Part shown: piece after piece, positions 45,536-56,400 of the stretch | Position numbering within the stretch: the stretch's first letter is position 1 | How the letters are laid out: each line of letters starts with the position of its first letter | Assembly (NCBI GenBank): GCA_934670115.1 | Contig: CAKUOV010000005.1 | Location: 172 to 64,171, forward strand | Origin: an uncultured Eggerthellaceae bacterium | Lineage (GTDB): Bacteria > Actinomycetota > Coriobacteriia > Coriobacteriales > Eggerthellaceae | Direction: 5' to 3' | Length of the DNA stretch: 64,000 bases | Made by a program: the position numbers and the translations under genes | Notes under the pieces: generated by a model | Seen by the model: only the letters and a program-made list of their open reading frames with translations | Told to the model about the DNA's origin: nothing | Database searches by the model: none

Positions 45536-45709
45536 CGGGTACAATAAGCACAGCGAAAAATGCGTGGAGCGTGTTCGGGCGTGCAGCAAGTCGGTTGTGC
45601 GGGCTCTGGAATGCGCGAGCGCGACAAAACGAATCTCGCCGCCTTCTGCCAAGGGCTTTGTTGACAAAAGGTGGGGTAATTTGTCACGATTGAAAGAAGG
45701 AGAAGCGTT

Positions 45710-46186
45710 ATGGGAAATTGTCATGAAGAGGGTAAAACCGCTGTTGTAGGCGTTATTTTGGGAAGCGAATCCGATTTGCCGGCCATGCAACCCTGCATGG
45801 ATCAGCTTGAGGCTTTTGGCGTTCCCTATGAACTGAAAATCGCAAGCGCGCATCGCAAGCCGCTGGAAGTGCATGAGTGGGCAGCCGGTGCGCATGAGCG
45901 CGGCATGAAAGTCATCATTGCTGCTGCGGGCAAAGCGGCGCATTTGGGTGGCGTTGTTGCTGCATACACGCCGTGCCCCGTTATCACCGTTCCCATGAAG
46001 ACGAGCGACTTGGGCGGCTTGGATTCCCTGCTGTCCATGGTACAGATGCCCAGCGGCGTTCCTGTTGCGTGCGTTGCCATCAACGGCGCTAAGAATGCCG
46101 CTATTTTGGCTGTTCAGATGCTTGGCACAGGTTGCGACACCGCTCGTCAGAAAATCATCGACTTCAAGGCGGACATGGCGAAATAA
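45710..46186 (+). CDS. purE: 5-(carboxyamino)imidazole ribonucleotide mutase
   Basis: VGVILGSESDLPAM..., ASAHRKP, IIAAAGKAAHLGGVVAA, and MPSGVPVACVAINGAKNAA are canonical PurE motifs. Confidence 0.9.
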   Translation: MGNCHEEGKTAVVGVILGSESDLPAMQPCMDQLEAFGVPYELKIASAHRKPLEVHEWAAGAHERGMKVIIAAAGKAAHLGGVVAAYTPCPVITVPMKTSDLGGLDSLLSMVQMPSGVPVACVAINGAKNAAILAVQMLGTGCDTARQKIIDFKADMAK

Positions 46187-46395
46187 CGATTGCAGGCTTG
46201 CGGGTTGCGGCCGCAGTGCGGCTGCGGCGCGACAGCGGCGGCGGCTGCGATTGGGCCGTGTGCCATGTCATGTGCGGCGGCGCAGAAGGGCGCTGGACCC
46301 TTCGCCTGTAGACCGCTCGGCCGCAGGACCCTTCGGCTGCCAACAGGCCAAATGAAACGTAAAAGCGCGAATCGGAAAGAGAAGAGAGAAGCGCA

Positions 46396-48336
46396 ATGAA
46401 AAAGTTCTTGATGGGAAACGAGGCGTTTGCCCACGCGGCGCTTGAGGCGGGCGTGCGCGTGGTGGCGGGGTACCCCGGAACGCCATCTTCTGAAGTGGTG
46501 GAAACCATCGCCAAGCTTCACGCGCAAGGCGCAGCAGAAGGCGTGCACGTGGAATGGTCCACGAACGAGAAGGCGGCGCTTGAGCTTTTGGCGGGCGCTT
46601 CGTACGCGGGCGCGCGCACGCTGTATACCTGCAAACAGATGGGTATGAACGTGGCAAGTGACCCGCTGATGTGCGTGAATTACGTGGGCATCAAGGGCGG
46701 CACGGTGCTGTACGTGGCCGATGATCCCGGCCCCATCTCTTCCCAGACCGAGCAGGACACGCGTCGTTATGCGTCCTTCGCGAAGGTGCCCGTGCTTGAT
46801 CCATCGACCCCTGAACAGGGCTTTGCCATGATGAAAGAGGCGTTCGAGCTTTCCGAGCGTTACCATACGCCCGTTATCGTGCGTCCCACAACGCGCATTT
46901 GCCATGCGTCGGCGTTTTTCGACGTGGCCGACCACACGGTGGCGCGCGCTGTGCCCGAAGAGGGTTTCGTGCGTGACTCCAAGTGGGTTATTTTCCCTGC
47001 TCGTGCGTTTGCGGCGCATCACGACATCAATAAGCGCCTGCCCGAAATAAGCGCCGAGTTTTCGCGCGGCCCGCTTGCCGCGGCATTCAACCCCGTGGTG
47101 CGTGGCGGCGATAAAGAGGCGCACGACCCGATTTTGGGCATTGTTGCGGGCGGCGTAAGCGCGGCGTATGTGCGTGAAGCGCTGCAGATGATTGAGAAAC
47201 GCGCTGCTGAACAGGGCGTATTCGTTCCTGCGTATAAGTTTATGCAGATTGGTCTGCCGTATCCCTTCCCGCAAGATGCGGTGCTGGAGTTCGCGCAGGG
47301 CTTGACCGATATTCTGGTGATTGAAGAGCTTGATGGCGTTTTGGAAGATGAGCTTTTGCGCTTGGCGGGTCTGCGTCACTTGAGCTACAACGTGCATGGT
47401 CGCGTTACGGATGAAGTACGTGCTGCCGGCGAAAACGACGCGGACAATCTTGCGGCTCGTTTGGCGTGCTACCTGGGTATTCCTAGTTGCGGCCCTGATG
47501 AGCCGACGGTTCTGTACGAATCGGAAACCGATCCGCTGCCCGTGCGTCCGCCCGTGTTGTGTCCCGGCTGTCCGCACCGTGGCAGCTTTTATGCGGTGAA
47601 ACGTGCGTTGGGCAAAACGCCCGCCACGTATTGCGGCGACATTGGCTGCTACACGTTGGGCAACGCGAAACCGCTCGACGCCGTGGATACGTGCTTGTGC
47701 ATGGGTGCGGGCATCACTATGGCGCAGGGGCTTTCCCTTGTTGACCCGGGTAAAAAGGCGCTTGCGTTCATTGGCGACTCCACGTTTTTCGCCAGCGGTA
47801 TGACGGGCGTGGCAAATGCGGTGTACAACCAGCACGACATTACCATTGTTGTGCTGGACAACGCGACGACCGCTATGACGGGCGCGCAGCCGCATCCGGG
47901 CACGGGCCAAACGCTCATGGGTCCCAAAAGCGAGCCCCTCTCCATTGCGGCAACGCTGGAAACGCTGGGCGTGAAATGCGTTGAAACAGCGAATCCCTTG
48001 CACTTAGAGGAAAGCATCGCTGCAGTTCAAAAGGCTGTTTCTTTTGAAGGTCCTTCGGCGGTTATCTTTGTTGAGCCGTGCATTCAGCTGAAAAAGCCGC
48101 TGCCTGCGGTGGTCATTGATACGGAAAAATGCACGGGCTGCAAGAAATGCATCACCGAAATCGGCTGCCCCGGCATTGGTTTCGATAAGGCGCTGCAAGG
48201 TCCGAAGAGCGCTGCGCGTGGCCAAGCGTTCGTGAACGCGGGGCTGTGTAACGGATGCGGTTTATGTGTGCAGATATGCCCATCATCTGCGATTATGCCG
48301 GCGAGTGCGCACGCAGAGAAAGGGGGGGAACAATGA
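46396..48336 (+). CDS. iorA: Indolepyruvate:ferredoxin oxidoreductase alpha subunit
   Basis: MGNEAFAHAALEAGVRVVAGYPGTPSSEV, a TPP-binding region (GDIGCYTLG...GDSTFFASG), and two C-terminal 4Fe-4S motifs (CTGCKKCITEIGCP; CNGCGLCVQICP). It is followed by iorB with an ATGA overlap. Confidence 0.85.
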   Translation: MKKFLMGNEAFAHAALEAGVRVVAGYPGTPSSEVVETIAKLHAQGAAEGVHVEWSTNEKAALELLAGASYAGARTLYTCKQMGMNVASDPLMCVNYVGIKGGTVLYVADDPGPISSQTEQDTRRYASFAKVPVLDPSTPEQGFAMMKEAFELSERYHTPVIVRPTTRICHASAFFDVADHTVARAVPEEGFVRDSKWVIFPARAFAAHHDINKRLPEISAEFSRGPLAAAFNPVVRGGDKEAHDPILGIVAGGVSAAYVREALQMIEKRAAEQGVFVPAYKFMQIGLPYPFPQDAVLEFAQGLTDILVIEELDGVLEDELLRLAGLRHLSYNVHGRVTDEVRAAGENDADNLAARLACYLGIPSCGPDEPTVLYESETDPLPVRPPVLCPGCPHRGSFYAVKRALGKTPATYCGDIGCYTLGNAKPLDAVDTCLCMGAGITMAQGLSLVDPGKKALAFIGDSTFFASGMTGVANAVYNQHDITIVVLDNATTAMTGAQPHPGTGQTLMGPKSEPLSIAATLETLGVKCVETANPLHLEESIAAVQKAVSFEGPSAVIFVEPCIQLKKPLPAVVIDTEKCTGCKKCITEIGCPGIGFDKALQGPKSAARGQAFVNAGLCNGCGLCVQICPSSAIMPASAHAEKGGEQ

Positions 48337-48923
48337 TTAACATCCTTTTGGCGGGCGTTGGCGGCCAGGGCACGGTGCTTGCGGCGAAGGTGCTGGCTCA
48401 AGCGGCTCAGGACAAGGGCTGGCATGTGCGCACGGCCGAGACGATTGGCATGGCGCAGCGCGGCGGCAACGTAACGTCCCATGTGCGCATGGGCGACTGT
48501 GGCGAACAGGTGAGCTCGCCGCTGATTGCGCGCGGAACGGCCCAGGTCATTGTCGCGTTCGAGCCTGCCGAGGCGGCAGGTGCGTTGAAGTATCTTGCTC
48601 CGAACGGTGTGGTGGTCACGGCGTCAACAGGCGTGCAGCCGGTAACGGCGGCGCTTTCCGAGAAACCGTACACGGCTGCGGGTGTGCTTGCAGAGCTTAA
48701 GCGTTTGCTGGGCGACCGCGTGGCGATTGTAGACGATGCGTCGCTTACGGCTTCGGTGGGCACCACGAAAGCGCTGAACACGCTGCTGCTTGCGGCGGCC
48801 GTGAAAACAGGGCGCCTTCCCATCAGCTTCGACGAGCTGCGCGCTGCAATCCAAGCATGCGTGAAACCGCAGTTCGCCGAACTCAACTTCAAGGCAATTT
48901 CCCTGGTAGAAAGCGGAAATTAG
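48333..48923 (+). CDS. iorB: Indolepyruvate:ferredoxin oxidoreductase beta subunit
   Basis: The ATG at 48333 overlaps the iorA stop. MINILLAGVGGQGTVLAAKVLAQAA...TAETIGMAQRGGNV is typical of the POR-gamma/IorB family. Confidence 0.85.
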   Translation: MINILLAGVGGQGTVLAAKVLAQAAQDKGWHVRTAETIGMAQRGGNVTSHVRMGDCGEQVSSPLIARGTAQVIVAFEPAEAAGALKYLAPNGVVVTASTGVQPVTAALSEKPYTAAGVLAELKRLLGDRVAIVDDASLTASVGTTKALNTLLLAAAVKTGRLPISFDELRAAIQACVKPQFAELNFKAISLVESGN

Positions 48924-48986
48924 TTCAGACTGGCTTCGCTTGTCGCGATTAAGCGAGGGCGATTGAGCAAGGATTGACGGATAAAA

Positions 48987-49028
48987 GCAAAAAACGAGAG
49001 CGGCTAAAAGCCGCTCTCGTTTTTTTTG
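48987..49028. terminator. Bidirectional rho-independent terminator after iorB
   Basis: AAAAAACGAGAGCGGC-taaaa-GCCGCTCTCGTTTTTTTT has an 11-bp GC-rich stem flanked by A- and T-tracts. Confidence 0.9.
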
Positions 49029-49106
49029 TAAGCCAGTTTTTATTGCGCGGGGTTGCTCTTGGCATTGTTTTGGCGTTGATAGCCACTTTTGTTTCTTTTG
49101 TTTTCT

Positions 49107-49186
49107 TAAAATCGTTCACAGTTATTGAAAAAAGCGACTTTCTTGGAATAAACTCTCGAAAAACGATAACTGTGAACGATTTTTAG
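49107..49186 (+). repeat. 80-bp palindromic element, copy 1
   Basis: In TAAAATCGTTCACAGTTATTGAAAAAAGCGACTTTCTTGGAATAAACTCTCGAAAAACGATAACTGTGAACGATTTTTAG the 18-nt perfect terminal inverted arms are AAAATCGTTCACAGTTAT / ATAACTGTGAACGATTTT. It ends immediately before the RBS (GAAGGAGG) of the 49205 ORF. Confidence 0.9.
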
Positions 49187-49204
49187 AAGGAGGCGCATAT
49201 ATCA

Positions 49205-50272
49205 ATGGAAAATGTCATTCTTTCAGGGCGTGATGCTGTTTCTTTTTTGATGTCTTCTCATGTGAAACAGCTTGATGTCGATAATGAATTTGCAGCATAT
49301 GTTTCCCGGTCATCGAATAATTTCATGGCCTATCTTTCGGGCTCAATGGATTTTACGCCGCTTCTTTGTTCCATTGAGGGGCGTCCGAGGATGTCGAAAC
49401 AAGAGGGCGCTCGGCTCGCGCAGATGCTTTCGGTTTCATTGCCTTTGCATATCATGGTTTCCTCGGCATCGTGCCGTCGAAATTCCAAGAGCATGCGCTG
49501 CTCAGTTCAACCTGGCGGCATTCCTGGTGATTTATGCTTTGAGGTGGCCGACGGCCTTTATTGCGTTTTGCCCGAACTCGCTTTGGTGCAATTCGCTAGA
49601 GAATGCACGGATATCCAAATTGTTGTGCTAATGAGCATGCTGTTTGGGATCTTTGCTAAAGACAGAGAAACGGGCGGTCTTGTGCCTCGTAGAAGCGTAA
49701 CAACGCCTGCTAAAGTTGCGGCGTTTATTGAATCGTGCGAGCAGAGTTGTTTGAAGGTTCCCAATGGGCTTTCGCGTGTTAAAAAGCTTGTCCCCTTAGC
49801 TGTTGGTGGGGCGGCAAGTCCAAAGGAAATTGAATGTGCTCTTAGATTGGGATATCCAGTTGAACTGGGAGGATGTGGTCTTGGCATTCCCGAAATGAAC
49901 TACCGGCTGGATATTCCGTCGACAATGCGCGCTCGTTATTGCGATTTGTACTGGCCCGAGCAAAATGTTGCGGTGGAATATCATGGCGCATTCGAGCATG
50001 CTTTGCCCGGTTCTCTTGAGGCGGATGCCCTCCATGGTAATGACCTGGCTTCTATCGGTGTTCCTATATTCAATATAACAGCAGGTCAGCTAAGAAATCT
50101 ATCTTCTTTTAACTATGTTGCACGATTGGTGGAGAAACAAATCTTTGCATATAAAAAACCGCATGCACATAAATGCAACAGGATTCTTTTTCCGTCCTCC
50201 GTGGTGTTTCATGACAAGCAACAAGCCTTGAGAGACCAAATTGATGCTGCTTTTGCTCTCTTCGGATTCTAA
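49205..50272 (+). CDS. Hypothetical protein with C-terminal DUF559/Vsr-like (PD-(D/E)xK) endonuclease-fold region
   Basis: In this 355-aa ORF, the C-terminal AASPKEIECALRLGYPV...YCDLYWPEQNVAVEYHGAFEH...GNDLASIGVPIFNITAGQL follows the S-P-x-E ... D ... E-Y-x-G pattern of DUF559 proteins. The N-terminal 200 aa are unassigned. The gene looks more AT-rich than its neighbours. Confidence 0.55.
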   Translation: MENVILSGRDAVSFLMSSHVKQLDVDNEFAAYVSRSSNNFMAYLSGSMDFTPLLCSIEGRPRMSKQEGARLAQMLSVSLPLHIMVSSASCRRNSKSMRCSVQPGGIPGDLCFEVADGLYCVLPELALVQFARECTDIQIVVLMSMLFGIFAKDRETGGLVPRRSVTTPAKVAAFIESCEQSCLKVPNGLSRVKKLVPLAVGGAASPKEIECALRLGYPVELGGCGLGIPEMNYRLDIPSTMRARYCDLYWPEQNVAVEYHGAFEHALPGSLEADALHGNDLASIGVPIFNITAGQLRNLSSFNYVARLVEKQIFAYKKPHAHKCNRILFPSSVVFHDKQQALRDQIDAAFALFGF

Positions 50273-50349
50273 AATCGTTCACAGTTATTGAAAAAAGCGA
50301 GTTAATTAGAATAAACTCGTAAATACTAATAACTGTGAACGATTTTTAG
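50270..50349 (+). repeat. 80-bp palindromic element, copy 2
   Basis: TAAAATCGTTCACAGTTATTGAAAAAAGCGAGTTAATTAGAATAAACTCGTAAATACTAATAACTGTGAACGATTTTTAG has the same length, orientation and arms as copy 1; only the central ~35 nt diverge. Its first 3 nt are the stop codon of the 49205 ORF. Confidence 0.9.
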
Positions 50350-50402
50350 GATAACCTGGATACAAAACAGCTCTCGCTTGTGGCGGGCGCTTACGGAAAG
50401 GA

Positions 50403-51239
50403 TTGCTCGTGCTTACTATTGGATGTCATTTGTCCTGTTCAAAGGGGTATGCCGTCATGGCAAAACAGGCGGCATCTATTAATGCGAACACGTTTCAGTT
50501 TTTCACGCGCAACCCGCGCGGCGGTAAAGCGAAAGCCATCGATCCAGCTGATATTGCGAAGCTCGAGACTCTGGCGGCGGAAAATGGCATAACCGTGTTT
50601 CTGGCGCATGCGCCCTATACGCTCAATCCTGCGTCGAATAAGCCCGAGACCTGCGAGTTTGCCCATCAGGTTCTTGCTGACGACCTGCAACGCATGGAGG
50701 CAACGCCCGGCCAGCTTTACAACATGCATCCGGGAAGCCACGTGGGGCAAGGCGTTGATGTGGGTATCGAGAAGATCTCCGCCATGCTCAACGATGTGCT
50801 GCAGCCGCCGCATACCACCACGCTTTTGCTGGAAACAATGGCGGGCAAGGGAAGCGAAGTGGGTGGCTCGTTCCAAGAAATCGCTTCGATTATTGGGCGC
50901 ATTGAGCCCGGCTTGCGCGAACAGGTGGGCGTGTGCTTGGATACTTGCCATATTTGGGATGCCGGCTATGACATTGTTGAGGACTTAGATGGTGTGCTGC
51001 GTGAGTTCGACCAGGTCATTGGCTTGAATCGCCTGCGTGCCATCCACTTGAATGACAGCATGAACGAGCGCGGCTCCCACAAAGATCGCCATGCCGCTAT
51101 TGGGGCGGGTCACATTGGTTTTGACGCGCTGCGTGCCGTAACGCGTCATCCGCTGCTTTGCGACCTGCCGTTCTTCCTGGAAACGCCCCATGAAAGTTTG
51201 AGCGGCTGGGCAGACGAGATTGCTCGTTTGCGCGCATAA
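50403..51239 (+). CDS. nfo: Deoxyribonuclease IV (endonuclease IV)
   Basis: IGCHLS..., [43 protein letters not shown], and IHLNDS...GSHKDRH are the conserved Nfo metal-binding motifs. The start (TTG 50403 or GTG 50409) is uncertain. Confidence 0.9.
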   Translation: MLVLTIGCHLSCSKGYAVMAKQAASINANTFQFFTRNPRGGKAKAIDPADIAKLETLAAENGITVFLAHAPYTLNPASNKPETCEFAHQVLADDLQRMEATPGQLYNMHPGSHVGQGVDVGIEKISAMLNDVLQPPHTTTLLLETMAGKGSEVGGSFQEIASIIGRIEPGLREQVGVCLDTCHIWDAGYDIVEDLDGVLREFDQVIGLNRLRAIHLNDSMNERGSHKDRHAAIGAGHIGFDALRAVTRHPLLCDLPFFLETPHESLSGWADEIARLRA

Positions 51240-51362
51240 AGCAGGCGGCAGCGGAGATTCGGGCCGTGTCTGCGGACCCGCGAAACCTGCGACTCCCGTA
51301 AGCCCGCCGACCCTGCGCCCGCTGCAAACATGCGCTCCCTGCAAAAAAACGGACCGAGCAAC

Positions 51363-51393
51363 AAAAACGGGACCACGTTCGGTCCCGTTTTTT
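51363..51393. terminator. Bidirectional rho-independent terminator between nfo and apt
   Basis: AAAAACGGGACC-acgttc-GGTCCCGTTTTTT sits between convergent genes. Confidence 0.85.
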
Positions 51394-51446
51394 GGTGCTA
51401 AAGGGTTTGTCGAAACCGTACAAGCGCGGTTTGGCTTGGTTCCGCT

Positions 51447-51995
51447 TTAGTCCCATTTCTCCTGTTCAACAACGCATTCAGAGAAAATAGGAACATCAAG
51501 CTCCTTCGCGATATTCTCGCGCGGATGCAGGTAAGCCAGCTCCAAAAGGAAGGCAAGACCGCCCACGCGCGCGCCGCATTTATGGACCAAGTGGATTTGT
51601 GCAATGGCGGTGCCGCCCGAGGCAACAAGGTCATCGACTAGCAGAACAACGTCGTCCTCGGAAAGGGCGTCGGCATGGATATGCAGCTCATCGGAACCGT
51701 ATTCCAGGCCGTACTTTTCGGAGATGGTGTTGCGCGGCAACTTGCCCGGCTTGCGCGCCGGCACAAATCCAACGCCCATCTTCAGCGCAACGGGCGCACC
51801 CAGAATGAAGCCGCGCGCTTCAGCGCCCACGACTTTCGTAATGCCGGCGTCTTTGAAGGCTTCCGCAATGTCGTTCACGAGCGACGAAAAAGCTTCCGCA
51901 TCAGCGAAAACGGGCGTCACATCCTTGAACATAATACCCGGTTGTGGGTAGTTGGGCAGGCTGATAACAAGGTTTTCGTAATCAATATCGCTCAT
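51447..51995 (-). CDS. apt: Adenine phosphoribosyltransferase
   Basis: The ATG is at 51995 (MSDIDYENL...). GIMFKDVTPVF, VVGAEARGFILGAPVA, and VVLLVDDLVASGGTA (PRPP-binding motif) are present. 182 aa. Confidence 0.9.
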   Translation of the reverse strand: MSDIDYENLVISLPNYPQPGIMFKDVTPVFADAEAFSSLVNDIAEAFKDAGITKVVGAEARGFILGAPVALKMGVGFVPARKPGKLPRNTISEKYGLEYGSDELHIHADALSEDDVVLLVDDLVASGGTAIAQIHLVHKCGARVGGLAFLLELAYLHPRENIAKELDVPIFSECVVEQEKWD

Positions 51996-52309
51996 GGAAC
52001 GTCCTTTTCGCGGTCTTTGGCGCAGATCGTAGGGGCGCGATTTTTCGCCCGCACGGTCTGCGCACGGTCTTGCTGTGGCGCAATCGCCATGTTTTCTTCT
52101 AAACACAAACAGCAGATATTGTACTACCATCAGGTATTTTTTTCGCCAGATTAAGCATCGATTTCTCTTTCTTCAAGCGTGTCCATTTCTTGGGACGCGT
52201 GAAATTACCCAAAGAAGTACAATTACTTGAAGAAGATTCTCACCTTGGCGAAAAGTGTGGTTGATTGCCAGCGAAGGAAAGCGCGATGCTTGGAAGGAGC
52301 GTGCACGTT

Positions 52310-53020
52310 ATGCGAAAAGGGGACGAAGATTGCCGGCGTCGTCGTTGCGGTTTCCCTGGTGACCTTGCCTGCTTCCTTCATGCACGTCAGCGCGTGCCTT
52401 TGACGGCATGGTGTCTGGCTGCACTTTTGGCGGTCGCCGCCCTGGGAGCGACCGCCTGCACGCCCGTTGCGCCCGTGTCTTCAGCATCTTCGGGCACTTC
52501 GCCTTCGCAATCGACAGCATCTGCCGAAACCAAAGAAAGAGAAGTTGACCTGGAGGAGCTTGCGCAGAGTCTCCCTAAAGAAGGCTTGCCTGAAAAATAT
52601 ATCGACGAAACATTTTTGGGGTGCAGCGATAAAGTGGAAAGAAAAGGCAGCTGCACCTTTTACACGTGGTATGCCAAAAACGGCTCGAAAGACGAAATCT
52701 TCTATGCTGGTTGTGCGAACGGGGCCGTTGTCGTAACACTCAAGCTTGGATACCAGTTCGGAACTGTTTACTGGCCCGATTCAGACGGACTTCCCAATTT
52801 ATATGCGGAATCCCCCTCCAAAAAGGAAAGTGGCAAAGCTCCTGCGAAAAGCCGTGGGTCATCCGATGCTCCAGCGGACAGCGCTGCAAGCAGCGGCAGC
52901 TCGTCGAGCTCTTCGAGCACGTCGAAAAAACCGAACAAGTACAGCCCGCGCGATTACGATTCCGCCGAAGATTGGGAAGCTGATACCGGCGGCTCCCTTG
53001 ACGAGTGGGATCGTCAGTAG
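52310..53020 (+). CDS. Hypothetical secreted/lipoprotein candidate
   Basis: It has a hydrophobic signal-like segment ending AALGATAC, then Ser-rich low complexity and an acidic C-terminus. The start is uncertain (52265-52310). No family recognised. Confidence 0.45.
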   Translation: MRKGDEDCRRRRCGFPGDLACFLHARQRVPLTAWCLAALLAVAALGATACTPVAPVSSASSGTSPSQSTASAETKEREVDLEELAQSLPKEGLPEKYIDETFLGCSDKVERKGSCTFYTWYAKNGSKDEIFYAGCANGAVVVTLKLGYQFGTVYWPDSDGLPNLYAESPSKKESGKAPAKSRGSSDAPADSAASSGSSSSSSSTSKKPNKYSPRDYDSAEDWEADTGGSLDEWDRQ

Positions 53021-53470
53021 CGTAGGGTGTTTTTGCTCGCTTGGACCGTCCAGCCGCCGCGCGTCGCCCGTCCGCATCGCCGCGCGCTGCCCGCGCCGTC
53101 GCGCCGTGCCGTTCGGTCCGCTCGCCCGCCCGCTGCCCAGCCGCCGCGCTGGGCCGCTTCGCAAAGCCGTTTGGTAAAAAATCTGCAAATACAAAAAGTT
53201 TTTCTTTAAAAAAAGTTAACGTCTGCTAACATGCTCTACGTATGTTAGCTGTAGGTAACATTGTACAGTTCACATTGGGAAAAACGCTGGGCGAGCTGCT
53301 AAATGGCATAAGGTAATTGTTGCCCGCAAAAGCAGGCAAGACTCATAAGGTGTTCGTGACCATTTTATGACCGCTTTCTTTGCTGTAGCGCAAAGTCAGC
53401 GGAAACGTTGCAGTTCGGCGGGTTGATTCATTGTGAACAGGCGATTTGCCTGAAAACAGAAAGGAGAACT

Positions 53471-56400
53471 ATGCGAAATGCCCCATTTCGAAAAAACCTG
53501 GGAACTTTGACCAACAAAGCTTTTCGGGTGTTTTTGACGGGATCAATCGTGCTGTCTTTTAGTCCGGCAACGGCTCTGGCAAACGAGGTTTCCCAAGACG
53601 GAAGCGCTTCAAGCGCGTTGACCCTATGGACGGAGACACAAAAAGAAGAACCGGCCGATACCAGTGCTACCAACATCGATTCGACCGATTCCTCTGAAGT
53701 AGAGAACATGACGCTCTCTGAAGGAGATTATACCCAATTTACGCTTTCTCCGGCCACCCTTTCTGCTCTTGAAGCGGGGAAAACTTACACGCCGGGTGTA
53801 TATACAGGAAGCGCAACCGTCACCAATAAAGGCACCGACGATTGGACCACGTACCAGATTTCCGTAAACGTTACCATCGACGAGAACGGAAAGATCAGCG
53901 CAGTGGTGCTTACGGATGATTCCTACAAGAACGCTGCCGCCGATAGTTCCGACAACGAGACATATCTCGAAAACGCCGAGCTGGGAACGCGCAAGGCAAC
54001 GGGCGTTGCGGCGCAAATTGTGCAGGCGCAATCCGTTGAAGGCGTTCAGGCGGTTTCGGGAGCCACCTATTCCAGCGCTGCGCTTGTGGAAGCGGTTGCC
54101 GACGCATTGTCGAAGGCATCGGCGGAAGTTACCGACGAATACGTGTACTTGTACGCCGCGCTGCCGTATAGCGAATACTACGCGGCAGAAGATGTGCAGG
54201 CAGCGGGCTCCGTTGCTGCTGGTGCTCAGGTGGACACGCATAACGAGGCTGACACGGGCGCGTTCGATGTTGTTTCCCGCGCCACAACGAATCATGGGCT
54301 TCACCGTGGCAGTTACCAAAACACAGCCATCATTTATGGTACGAGTGGCGCAACTTACAAGGTAAGCTCGTGGAACAGCGGTTCGGAAGCCGTTTTGGAA
54401 GATGGTTCGACTATCACGTTCAGCCAAGGCGACATTACCGCAGGTGAAACGACCGATGTTATGGATCACTATGAAATTACGGGCTTCAAGTACGTTCCTG
54501 TTGCGGTAAAGAGCGCTGATGTGGATGCGTTCAAGGCGAAGTACGCCGTGGTGGAAAACGGTGGCACGCTGGCGGGCGGCTACACCGAACAGCAGCTGAG
54601 CAGCTACAGCGTTGTTGCCAACGTGGACGCGAACACGAACGGCTTGAAAGTTGCTACGAAAAATGACGAAACGGGCGCCTTCACCTTCGGTAAGCGTCAG
54701 ACGGGAACTACTTCGGGCGTGAAAGACTCTGCACTGAAAGTGGCCGATGTTTCCACTTTGGGAGTAACTACGAAAAACGAGAAGACGGGTGCTGCGCTTG
54801 CCGGGTCGTACGGCGACTTCCTGCGCGTTGACCTGAAGTCGAATTACGGCGACTTGGGCGCCAATATGCAGGCGGTTTTCTGGGAGTATTACGGCTCGGG
54901 CGACACGGTGCTGGCGACGTACGGAACGAAGTTCGCCGCAGATAACTGGATGCACAAGTCAAACGGCATTCAGTTGGGCCTTACGGAATCGGCGCGATGC
55001 ACGCTTCCCGAAGGCACCGATGGCACGGGCAAGTGGAAAGTGACCATTTGCGCTTTGGGCTACCAGGACACCGTTTTGACGTTGGATATTGACGCGAGCG
55101 ACATCAACAACGCGCATGTGGTAAGCAGCACAGAAGCTCTTGAGCAGGCAATTTCCGCCGCAGAAGCCCTGACCGAGGCCGATTACACCGCTGAATCGTG
55201 GGCTTCGCTTACCGTTGAACTGGGCGAAGCGAAAGAGCAGCTTGCGCTTGCCCAGCAAGGTCCCACCAAGACTACCCAGGAAGCCGTTGACGAAGCAACT
55301 TCCCATTTGAACGAAGCAATAAAGAACTTGGTGCATGCAGGATTCACCACGTGGGCCGATAATTATGCCCAACTCGGCGTGGATACATCTACGGGCTATG
55401 ATGCGGTCTCTTCGGCGACGAACTTTACCAGCTACCACGCGAAAGACATTCCCGCTAACGTGCAGCGCGCAACCGATGAAAACGGCACGGTAACGCTGAC
55501 GGGCGTGAATAAAACCACGAAGGATGCTACGGTTACCCCCGTTGTTTCTTCTTCAAGCTTTGCTTACAGCAACAAGTACGGTACGGGTGAATTTGTTGTT
55601 GTGCCTGATGACACCGTTGAAGGATACGTTTGGAACGAATATCTGAATGCAATCACGGCCATTACTATTAACGACGGAACAACTACGGTGGGCACTTTGC
55701 CGTGGATCGACTACTACGGCGAAAACTCAACTGAGGGCTTCCACTACAACAAGATTGAAATCGCGGTGAATAACGGCGAATCTATTGGTTCGAATAAAGC
55801 GAACGTAACGCGCTTTGCCCCGTTCTATGCGGACGGCGCGTCGCAAATCAAGGCGGGAACGTATACGATTACGGTTTATGCCGATGGTTATCAGCCCCTT
55901 TCTACCAGCGTGAACGTTCTTCCCACTGCCGAGCAACCGCTTTCTGTGAGAAGCACGTACGATGGCGCGGCGGTGAAGCTTTCGGGCATGCCTGAAGATA
56001 TGGCGGACGCAACCGCAACGGTTTCTTACACCGTTGGTTCAGGGCGCAACGCAAAGACGTACTACCTTGCGCAGGATGCAGCCGTTTCGAATGGCGTTGT
56101 GAAGCTTTCGGAGACTATGGTCGCAGGAACCACGTATAACGTAACGGTGAACAGCTCGAATTACGCACCCATGACGGCAAGCTTTACGCAGCAAGCCGAA
56201 GCAACCCTAACGCTCGATTTGACCACTACGGCAGCAAACCTCAAGGTAGGCGACACGTTTAATGTGGCTATTTCTATGAAGGGCGACAAGATTACCACCG
56301 CTCAAGGTACGCTTTCTTTCGATGACAAGGTTGTTCGTTTGACCGGTTTCAGCACCGAGAACTCCCAGCTTTCCGAGAAAGACAATTTCAAATGGAACGA

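Noticed and set aside
49107-50349. The 80-bp palindromic elements as integron attC sites (a gene cassette).
   Set aside because: The arms do not fit the attC R''/R' core consensus (RYYYAAC / GTTRRRY): the sequence has CGATAAC and GTTATTG. No intI/attI is in the window. I kept it as an unexplained cassette-like structure rather than calling it an integron.
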